Position numbers and translations under genes: made by a program. Below are positions 36,737 to 44,798 of a DNA stretch of 64,000 bases, piece after piece; within the stretch, counting starts at the first letter, position 1; each line of letters begins with the position of its first letter. The notes under the pieces were generated by a model. That model saw only the letters and a program-made list of their open reading frames with translations. It did no database searches and had not been told where the DNA came from. Location: positions 62,001 through 126,000 of the IMG/VR virus record IMGVR_UViG_3300042289_000986; one strand, 5' to 3'.

Positions 36737-37114
36737 TCATTTTTTAATCTTTTTGTAAATTTTTTTCTTTTTCTTTTTTCGTTTTGCAAGTTTTTTTAAC
36801 TCTCCTTGATATATTTTGATAGCTAAATATTTTAAAAATTTTGTTATATCTAAAACAGACAAAGTATTCATTAATCTAGATTCAGTATATAAAACTTGGG
36901 TTTCGCACCAATCTGGATACAAATAATGAACACATTCATGATAAGCAGTTGATATTAAATTTGTTCTTGGATCTATTTCAATATCTGTCCAATTACAAGA
37001 ACCATCAAACCCTCTCATTTTTTTAAAAATAAAAAAAGTTGGAGGTTTTCTTCTGATCAAATTTAAACATCTATTATGAATTTGAGTCAATTGTCTTTTG
37101 GTCAGCTTTTTCAT
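36737..37114 (-). CDS. Small basic HExxH protein
   Basis: AYHECVH. Confidence 0.5.
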   Translation of the reverse strand: MKKLTKRQLTQIHNRCLNLIRRKPPTFFIFKKMRGFDGSCNWTDIEIDPRTNLISTAYHECVHYLYPDWCETQVLYTESRLMNTLSVLDITKFLKYLAIKIYQGELKKLAKRKKKKKKIYKKIKK

Positions 37115-37322
37115 CTTTATACTTATCGCTATGGATTTGGACGATTTTCGTATGTGGGTTAATGGCTATATTCAATATTACTAAAAAAATATAAGTTGCG
37201 AGCCAATTATTAAATGTGTATAACATGTTCATATTGAACAGTGTATTTAAACTCCACATAAACAAAATAGGCCCAAAAATCAAATATACTAAGATTAATA
37301 GTAACGCAAAAATATATTTCAT
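37074..37322 (-). CDS. Two-TM membrane protein
   Basis: GP...WSLNTLF..Y.F.NWLA. Confidence 0.55.
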   Translation of the reverse strand: MKYIFALLLILVYLIFGPILFMWSLNTLFNMNMLYTFNNWLATYIFLVILNIAINPHTKIVQIHSDKYKDEKADQKTIDSNS

Positions 37323-37400
37323 GAGTTGAATTATGAGCTTTTTTGAGGGAAAGTCAATTTATTTGTTTGCTTTTATCTTCAAAACTGCTAAACTACTTGC

Positions 37401-38597
37401 ATGATTTCTTTAAAAGTAAAAAGTGTCTTTTCAATACCCAAAGATAAAGAATTTTATAAACCTGAAATGGGTAACGAGTTTCCCCTTAAAACATTTATTA
37501 CAAATCATTATGGTTATGCTCCTTGTTTTTATAATCTCGAAACTGTTTTTAGTTCTGGTGTGTTAGATTATTTGTTTGAGCATGGTCAACTTATTAATTT
37601 TTACAATACAGGCAAATTAGAAAGCATCTTAGTTGGAGAAATCGAAAAAACACACGGAGGGTTTTTTCTTTTTAAATACAAAGACATTTTTGTTAAATTA
37701 AATATTAAAAATTTCAACAGTGAATTTTTTGACGATGATTTAGAATTTCTTTCACGCATTCAAATTAAAGATAAAAAGAAAGACACTAAAACTTTTACAC
37801 TATCTATTATAGGACCAGCAAACTTGAAAGAATACCCACTAAAAGATTTTGCTCAGTTTGCTCTTAACGATGCTCAAGAAGTTAAAGTTCACTTGTTTAT
37901 CAAAAATCAATATGGTGACTACAACTTTGAACCTATTGCGATTAATCTTCCAGATAATCTTGATCTAGAATCAAACTATGGAAAAAATTTTATTGATGTT
38001 GACAAAAAAATCAAAGAAAGATTGGAAGAAAAACCCAACGGTTTATTCATGTTTCATGGTTTGCCAGGTACCGGAAAAACAACTTATATCAAATATTTGG
38101 CAGGGCAAGTTAAAAGAGACTTTATTTATATCCCAACAACAATGATCGAATATTTTACTTCCGATCCTAATTGTTTACACACTCTCATCCAAAAACCAAA
38201 TTCTGTTATTATTTTGGAAGATGCAGAAAAAGCAATTTTAAAAAGACTTGGAGATGGCATGGATTCATCAGCAGTATCTTCACTTTTAAATCTTTCAGAT
38301 GGAATTTTAAGCGATATTCTTAAAACATCTGTTATTGTAACTTATAATTGTCCAAAACAAGATGTTGATGATGCATTGAAAAGAAAAGGAAGATTACAAA
38401 TGGATTATGAATTTACAGCATTGAGTGAAGAAGATGCAAAAAAATTAGCAAAAAAATTAAAATATTCTAAAAAGACTATTGATGAAAAAATTAATAAACC
38501 AATGACATTAAGCGAAATTTATAATATTGAAAAAGAAACTGAATTTTATGGAGATACCAAAAAAGAAAATCAAAAACAAATTGGATTTGGGGTTTGA
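37401..38597 (+). CDS. AAA+ ATPase
   Basis: GLPGTGKT, IILEDAE, LLNLSDG, ALKRKGR, terminal IGF. Confidence 0.9.
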   Translation: MISLKVKSVFSIPKDKEFYKPEMGNEFPLKTFITNHYGYAPCFYNLETVFSSGVLDYLFEHGQLINFYNTGKLESILVGEIEKTHGGFFLFKYKDIFVKLNIKNFNSEFFDDDLEFLSRIQIKDKKKDTKTFTLSIIGPANLKEYPLKDFAQFALNDAQEVKVHLFIKNQYGDYNFEPIAINLPDNLDLESNYGKNFIDVDKKIKERLEEKPNGLFMFHGLPGTGKTTYIKYLAGQVKRDFIYIPTTMIEYFTSDPNCLHTLIQKPNSVIILEDAEKAILKRLGDGMDSSAVSSLLNLSDGILSDILKTSVIVTYNCPKQDVDDALKRKGRLQMDYEFTALSEEDAKKLAKKLKYSKKTIDEKINKPMTLSEIYNIEKETEFYGDTKKENQKQIGFGV

Positions 38598-39390
38598 CGA
38601 TTTAATTTTATTGGAAGAATCTTTTTCTCATATAAAGTTCTTTGATAAAAATCACACTTATACAATTAATAATAAACCAGCAAAAGAATCTGTTTCTGGT
38701 TTATTGAAAAATTTTGAAAAACCTTTTGAATCTGAAAAAATTGCAGGTTTTGTTGCGACAAGAGATCAAAAATCAGTAGAACAAGTTTTATCTGAATGGG
38801 AATTTGCAAAAAATTATTCATGTCATAAGGGATCAGAATTTCATTTATTTGTTGAAAATTATTTTAATAGAAAACAAATCACGATAGATTCAAAATCTTT
38901 AAAATTATTTTTTGATTCTAATCAAAGTTTTTATGATAACCAATCAACCGAAAAATACTATAAAGAGTTAGCACATTTAATAAAAAATTTTTTAAATTTT
39001 TATGATTGGTGGAAAAAAGATCATGTATTAATTAAATCTGAGTTTGTTGTTGGTGATGAAGAAAATGGTATTTGCGGAACTATCGACAACCTTTCTTATA
39101 ATAAGAAAACAAAAGAATTAGTTATTTTTGATTATAAAACTAATAAAGAAATTAAAAAAAGAAATCCAAGAGATGAAACATTTTTAAAACCAATCCAATA
39201 TTTGTCTCATTGTGAATACATAAAATACAGCCTTCAATTAAATTTATATCAATATATAATTGAAAAAAATTCACCATTCAAAGTTCCAAAGTCATATATT
39301 GTTTGGGTGGCTGATAAAGAAAACTATGAATTGATGCAAACGTTACAACTTCAAAAAGAAGCAAAAATGTTAATAGAATACTATAAATAG
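38527..39390 (+). CDS. PD-(D/E)xK exonuclease (Cas4/RecB-like); exact start uncertain
   Basis: GSEFH, SE, GTID, IFDYKT, QLNLY. Confidence 0.85.
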   Translation: MKKKLNFMEIPKKKIKNKLDLGFDDLILLEESFSHIKFFDKNHTYTINNKPAKESVSGLLKNFEKPFESEKIAGFVATRDQKSVEQVLSEWEFAKNYSCHKGSEFHLFVENYFNRKQITIDSKSLKLFFDSNQSFYDNQSTEKYYKELAHLIKNFLNFYDWWKKDHVLIKSEFVVGDEENGICGTIDNLSYNKKTKELVIFDYKTNKEIKKRNPRDETFLKPIQYLSHCEYIKYSLQLNLYQYIIEKNSPFKVPKSYIVWVADKENYELMQTLQLQKEAKMLIEYYK

Positions 39391-39395
39391 TATTA

Positions 39396-39902
39396 ATGAG
39401 ATCAAAAGACCAAATTTTACTAGAAAATGCATATTCAAGCATTTTATCAAAAGACAACGATATTGAAATGGGTATGCCAGAAGAAAACCCTGAAGCTCCT
39501 TTTTCGTGTGATCATTTAGCAGAAAGAGAAGAAGAGGCTATGGCAAAATCTAATCTTTATGCTATCTGTAAACACGCAAAATCTCTTTTAGACTCATTGG
39601 AGTCTGGCGCACATTTAGAACCTTGGCAATTAGAAAAAATTGCAATTGTAAATGATAACATTCAAAGTGTTTCTCAAGTAGCAGAGTATGAAGCTGGTGC
39701 TCAATCTGAAGAATTTGATATCAATGATATTGATAGTATGGATAAACCAGAAAGTATCCAAAGAGAATCAAAAGAAACTAAAGAAAAGGGAAATCCTTGG
39801 GCAATATGTAACAAATCAACAGGTGGTAAAAAAGAAAACCCAGAAAAATTTGAAAAATGTGTCAAAGGGGTAAAGAAAAAAACTGGTTATAAAAAGAAAT
39901 AA
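39396..39902 (+). CDS. Protein with KDQxLLExAY leader and basic Cys tail
   Basis: MRSKDQILLENAY; LEPWQLEKI; NPWAIC..KFEKCVKGVKK. Confidence 0.65.
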   Translation: MRSKDQILLENAYSSILSKDNDIEMGMPEENPEAPFSCDHLAEREEEAMAKSNLYAICKHAKSLLDSLESGAHLEPWQLEKIAIVNDNIQSVSQVAEYEAGAQSEEFDINDIDSMDKPESIQRESKETKEKGNPWAICNKSTGGKKENPEKFEKCVKGVKKKTGYKKK

Positions 39903-39946
39903 TTTTATAGAAATGGGAACAAACCAAGATAAATAATATTACAACT

Positions 39947-40786
39947 ATGAATGATCCATTAGCAAACGCATACTTAAAAATCCTTGAGGAAGGTGTTCCT
40001 TCAAGCGAAGTAAAAGGTACAACAACTAAACCAAGCGATGCTCCTTACGGAGACAAGAAAAATAATCTTGTTAAAAAAGTTTCGCCAAAATCAGCAACCG
40101 AAAATGCTGACAGTGAAATGGATGATGTTGAAGAAGCTCCAGCCGAATTAACATCAAATGGATCAGACGGAGAAGCTAAAAAATTAGGAGAAGCATCCAA
40201 TCCTTTTGATGCTCTCTTTAATAAAATTTTAGAAGAAGAAGAAGCATTCAATTTCTCAACTGAAGACAATTCTTTGGAACCAGATTCATCATTTGATATG
40301 AATACAAATGATGATGGTCTTGATGAATTTGATGATGAAACAGAAGAAACAGAAGGCGAAGAAGTAACACTCACACTAAGTCGTGAATTAGCTGAAAAAC
40401 TTCACGAAGCTTTGATGGGAGTTCTCGAAAATTCCGAAGAAGAATCAGAAGATTTGGGTGAAGAAGGTGAAGAAGGTGAAGAAGGTGAAGAAGGTGAAGA
40501 AATCGAAGAAACTGAAGAAGTTAAAGAAGAAGCAGTAGATGCTGAAGTCGTAGGACATGCTTTAGTTGATTCTGAAAAACTCAATAAAGGTTTGAACAGT
40601 CATTCAAACAAAGTTGTAAAGGGAGCAGTTCCTGTTACAAGTAAATCAGCCGAAACACCACAAACAGGAAAAGGTTGTGATGGAGAATTAAAATCACATT
40701 CAACAGAACCAGCAGTAAAAAAACTTCAAAGTAAAAAAGATAATGTTGGTGGAGTAACTGTTGGAAAAACATTGTTTGACAATTAA
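39947..40786 (+). CDS. Highly acidic low-complexity protein (scaffold/core-like)
   Basis: Glu-rich, repeated KILEE, GEE repeats; late-type promoter and terminator. Confidence 0.55.
   Translation: MNDPLANAYLKILEEGVPSSEVKGTTTKPSDAPYGDKKNNLVKKVSPKSATENADSEMDDVEEAPAELTSNGSDGEAKKLGEASNPFDALFNKILEEEEAFNFSTEDNSLEPDSSFDMNTNDDGLDEFDDETEETEGEEVTLTLSRELAEKLHEALMGVLENSEEESEDLGEEGEEGEEGEEGEEIEETEEVKEEAVDAEVVGHALVDSEKLNKGLNSHSNKVVKGAVPVTSKSAETPQTGKGCDGELKSHSTEPAVKKLQSKKDNVGGVTVGKTLFDN
40457..40501 (+). repeat. Perfect tandem repeat (GGTGAAGAA)x5 encoding (GEE)5
   Basis: Read directly. Confidence 0.9.
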
Positions 40787-40807
40787 TTAAAATATTAAAA
40801 TAAAGTT

Positions 40808-40834
40808 AAAAACCCCGCAATCGCGGGGTTTTTT
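40808..40834 (+). terminator. Intrinsic terminator (possibly bidirectional)
   Basis: AAAAACCCCGC-AATC-GCGGGGTTTTTT. Confidence 0.88.
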
Positions 40835-40851
40835 CTTTGTAAGTACTAGTA

Positions 40852-41208
40852 ATGGATTTTAAATCATACTACTCTTTGAATAAACAAGAAAAGGATTTGC
40901 TTAGTCCTAATACAGGGTCACACCATCATCAATCTTTAAACAGATTGGTAGGATCTGGATTAAATCGCAAACACGCTAACTTTGTTGCTCGTAAAGAAAC
41001 TGAAAAAGAACACCTTCATCCCAAAGTTACCAGTTGTTATAAAAACAAAAAAGATGAAAACTTAACACCATTTGAAGCAAAAGACATTATGAATAAATTT
41101 GGTTTATATCCAACTGATGAAGAACCAAAAAAAGCAATTAAACAATTGGGAGTTTATTTATACAAGACCGGACCAGATACATATATTTTAAAATATATGG
41201 GACAATAA
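40852..41208 (+). CDS. Hypothetical late protein
   Basis: TAAGTA 6 nt upstream; leader MDFKSYY. Confidence 0.55.
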   Translation: MDFKSYYSLNKQEKDLLSPNTGSHHHQSLNRLVGSGLNRKHANFVARKETEKEHLHPKVTSCYKNKKDENLTPFEAKDIMNKFGLYPTDEEPKKAIKQLGVYLYKTGPDTYILKYMGQ

Positions 41209-41209
41209 A

Positions 41210-41839
41210 ATGGAAAAGCTAAGATTTTTAGATAAAAGACTTAACGGCAACGAAAGAAGAAACTTTGATCGTTGGTGGTATGAACAAATTGGTATATATG
41301 GACAAGGTGTAACATATTACACAAACCAAACAACTTTAAGTAGTGCATATCATCTTTATGGTGAAAACCCTAGTGCTGGTTTTGGAAATCCAAACGATAT
41401 GGTAGTCATGTTAAATTTAAATAATGATTCATATCTTCTTTCAAAATTTGGAATTGTTGCAGATAGTGATGTAACTGGAGTTATACACCCAAAACACTTT
41501 ACAGCGGTGTATGGATTATCTTCTGAACCAAAAATGGGGGATTTGATGAGGTTGACGGAATTTGGTGCTGACAGAATCAACTATCCAAAAAGAGGCGCAA
41601 CAATATATGAAATAACCGAAGTTGTTGATGAGTTTCAATTTAATCCTCTTGGTGGTCATTACGTTTGGTTTTTCAAAGCGAAACGTTATGATTATAGTTA
41701 TGAAACTGGAAGTCCAGGACCAGGACAAGGTAATAACGGTCTAGATGATAATGATACAATCGAACAGGCTTCTCTAAACAACTTCAACTACATTGATGAT
41801 AATACTTGTAGTAATACTTCTGTTTATGGTGAATATTAA
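41210..41839 (+). CDS. Neck/head-completion protein (T4 gp14-like)
   Basis: IYGQGVTYY, LYGE, SKFGI, EPKMGDL, YEITEV. Confidence 0.7.
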   Translation: MEKLRFLDKRLNGNERRNFDRWWYEQIGIYGQGVTYYTNQTTLSSAYHLYGENPSAGFGNPNDMVVMLNLNNDSYLLSKFGIVADSDVTGVIHPKHFTAVYGLSSEPKMGDLMRLTEFGADRINYPKRGATIYEITEVVDEFQFNPLGGHYVWFFKAKRYDYSYETGSPGPGQGNNGLDDNDTIEQASLNNFNYIDDNTCSNTSVYGEY

Positions 41840-42118
41840 TATTTTTCGTAATTGAAGTTCTTTTCTGAAAAATCATCATAACAAACATCTATTTGATATT
41901 CATCCCTTAGAATTTTTCTTAAAAAAATATTTTCCGTTGCTTCCATATATTTGTAAACTTCTAGTGGTTTAATTTCAATCTTGGAAAATGGGATATTTTT
42001 TTCTTGGGCTTTATCAGCTATAATGTTTACTGCTTCGTATAAAGACATCCATTTGGCCCAAGTAGAAGCTTCTTGATGTACTACTTCAAACTTTTTTTGT
42101 TTATTTTTTTTCATATAT

Positions 42119-42535
42119 TTAAGAAACTTTTTTATCATCAACTAAAGGAACTCCTGTTACACTCGGAATGTTTAATGGTTCTGTTACTCTTGCAACAACA
42201 AATTGAATATTAACAGAATTTTTCTTTTTACAAGAAGCGCAATCAAATTCTACTTTTTCGTTTTCATCTGGTAAAAACGTCATGATATTTTTAGAATTAC
42301 AATATGCACATTCTAATATTGTGGACAATGGTTCTAATTTTTCTAATTGTTTTTGTTTAGTTTTCTCAACAAAATAGTTGTTAATAATATTGGCTAAAAA
42401 AGAAAAGGTAACATATTGAAAAACAAACATTAACAAAAAAGATCCCCAAAAACTAACACCAAATAAATAAAAACCAAATGCACCCAAAGAAGAAATAGAA
42501 AATACAAGTGCTGTTGAAAATAAAGCTTTTTTCAT
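42119..42535 (-). CDS. Two-TM protein with Zn-ribbon
   Basis: TM helices; CAYC..CASC. Confidence 0.55.
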   Translation of the reverse strand: MKKALFSTALVFSISSLGAFGFYLFGVSFWGSFLLMFVFQYVTFSFLANIINNYFVEKTKQKQLEKLEPLSTILECAYCNSKNIMTFLPDENEKVEFDCASCKKKNSVNIQFVVARVTEPLNIPSVTGVPLVDDKKVS

Positions 42536-43077
42536 TTATACTAAGTTAACAAATTATAAACAGTTTGTCAACTTAAAAATCAAGGTAATTGAATTTGGAT
42601 TGTGTTTCCTTGAATTGGAGAAGAGTTTATTGGTATATCTTTTGGAACAAAAACTGGATTCTGTGATGGTTGTTGCTCTGCCATATTAGTTATTTCACCT
42701 ATTTTTAACCCCACATCTTTAATCAAAGAAATGGCTTTTTTTGATTTTCCATATAGCTGAATTAAATCACTTTTTTGTTCTGGTGTTAATGTTGGGTTAT
42801 TTTTAATGCATTGTGCAATTTTAGACATACCCGTCATTAAATAAACAAAACTGTCTGAGAGATCATCCACAATCGTTTGTAATGGCCAAGGGAAAGCAAC
42901 TGATGCGTCTGGTGGTGGTGTTGTTAAATTATCAGTTGGAAAGTTTCTTTGGTTTTGATAATTATAGCCGTCTTTAGTTGGTATAGGAGCAAAGTCTTTT
43001 CTTGGTGGTGCATTGTATGCTGGATACTGTGCAGGACCCCTATCATAGACTTCTTCTATAATTTTTTCCAAATTCAT

Positions 43078-43260
43078 TTACTTGACTACACCAACCTTCG
43101 ATAAATTGCCACATCTAGCACAAACCCATTTACATTCTTTTACTACTTGTTTGTCTTGTGGGTTTGTTTTTTCGGTGATTTTACCATGAATTGATGCGCC
43201 ACAAAAATGACAAGCAATTGGTCTGTTTTCAACCGTCATATAATGGGTGTTGTTGTTCAT
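43078..43260 (-). CDS. Zn-ribbon protein
   Basis: CHFCG..CARCG. Confidence 0.55.
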   Translation of the reverse strand: MNNNTHYMTVENRPIACHFCGASIHGKITEKTNPQDKQVVKECKWVCARCGNLSKVGVVK

Positions 43261-43267
43261 GTTATAT

Positions 43268-44059
43268 TTACTTAGTATTCGAAGGTTTCCAAGTGTTCTT
43301 TTCGTTTTCTAATTTTTCAACAACAAATTTAACAAATTCAGATCTTACAATATCTTCTTTTGTAAATTGAAACCTATGAATACCGAATTTTTTAGATTCT
43401 TCACAAGTAAAAAGATCACAAATTTTTGAAAAACCACCTGCTTTATTTTCTGGTAAATCTGATTGCATGGGGTCACCACAAAAGATTATTTTGGAAAATT
43501 CTCCCATTCTGGTAATTGTCGTAATAAGTTCACGAAAACTAATATTTTGACATTCATCTACAATAATACATTTAGTAGCCCAGTGCAAACCTCGAATATA
43601 ATTTACTGGTGTCGCATTAAATCTTTCATCATTTCTTAATCTGTTGATTGATGCTTTATCTAAAAGTTCTTCGAGTTTTTCCATGAAAGGTACCATGTAT
43701 GCTTCAAACTTCTCATCAATAGTTCCTGGTAAATATCCGATTTTACTATCTGCGCTTTCTACTGCGCTTCTTACAAAGATTATGTCAGATATTTTTTTAT
43801 TTCTTAAAAGATGAAGTGCGGCATAAACAGCAGTAATTGTTTTTGATACACCTGCTGGTCCTTCTACAAACACACATCTAGTATTTTTATCTAAAAGAAT
43901 TTCAATTAATTCTTTTTGTTTTTTAGTCCAAGGAAGTTCTTTGATAAAGAAATCAAATGCAACCTTGTCTCTTTGATAAACATAAGGAGACGTATCCTTG
44001 GAAGTTTCCATGTTTTTTTCCAACGAAGACTCTTTACGACGAGTTTTCTTTTTAGTCAT
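43268..44059 (-). CDS. phoH: PhoH-like ATPase
   Basis: GPAGVSKT, IGYLPG, YIRG, DECQN, TRMGE.SK, GDPMQSD, DIVRS. Confidence 0.93.
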   Translation of the reverse strand: MTKKKTRRKESSLEKNMETSKDTSPYVYQRDKVAFDFFIKELPWTKKQKELIEILLDKNTRCVFVEGPAGVSKTITAVYAALHLLRNKKISDIIFVRSAVESADSKIGYLPGTIDEKFEAYMVPFMEKLEELLDKASINRLRNDERFNATPVNYIRGLHWATKCIIVDECQNISFRELITTITRMGEFSKIIFCGDPMQSDLPENKAGGFSKICDLFTCEESKKFGIHRFQFTKEDIVRSEFVKFVVEKLENEKNTWKPSNTK

Positions 44060-44444
44060 GATTTTTTAAAAATTAATTAAAACGGAGCACTGTAAGTTAA
44101 TGAATCTGGTTTAGTATCTTTTTTAACTTCTGTTTGATTGTTTGTTGTTTTTGGCGGGAGATTTTTTGACATTAAAACTTTTATAAGTTTTTCTTTTCTT
44201 GCATTATCCATTTGGTCAAAGTTTAAATTTTCTAATTGTTTTATCAGATCATCAGATTCTTCTTCTGAAACGTTTTCATCTTCAGTTGCCGATGTAAGAG
44301 GTTCTAATGCTGCTTGTAATCCTTCTTTTTCTCTTTGACCAAGCATTCTACCTAATGGTTCAAACTTCTTTTTTAAAGTTTCTTGGTCTAAAGTAGCTAC
44401 AGTTTCTAAAAATATTTTTTCAAATCTAGTGTTCATAATTTTAA

Positions 44445-44720
44445 TTACCAATCTTTACAAGCTTGATATCTTGGTGTTCCAGGTTTAGCACTAGAACATT
44501 TATGTCTAGCACGAAATGATTTTTTGCGTTTTGTGTTTCCTGATTTACCTGTTACGCGAACTCCTTTTTGGCCCCAATGTATTCTTTTATATCCACCTTT
44601 AGGATTTTTAACACATTTCATCCATTTTTTACCTTTTGAAGTAGAAGACGTTTTTCCTGTTACCTTTGTACAGTTGGATTCTGTAAGTATTGTTGATACA
44701 AGTAAATCAAACTTATTCAT
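44445..44720 (-). CDS. Small basic Cys-rich protein
   Basis: KKWMKCV..WGQKG..RKKSFRARHKC..RYQACKDW; leader MNKFDLLVSTILTE. Confidence 0.65.
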   Translation of the reverse strand: MNKFDLLVSTILTESNCTKVTGKTSSTSKGKKWMKCVKNPKGGYKRIHWGQKGVRVTGKSGNTKRKKSFRARHKCSSAKPGTPRYQACKDW

Positions 44721-44798
44721 AATATTACTTATTCAAAGACAACACTAAAACAAATTAATAAAAATTGGTAAAAATAAAGATAAATAGTATTATAAAAT

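Noticed and set aside
38527-39390. Cas4-like nuclease as part of a CRISPR system
   Set aside because: No repeat-spacer array or other cas genes seen; solo PD-(D/E)xK nucleases are common in phages
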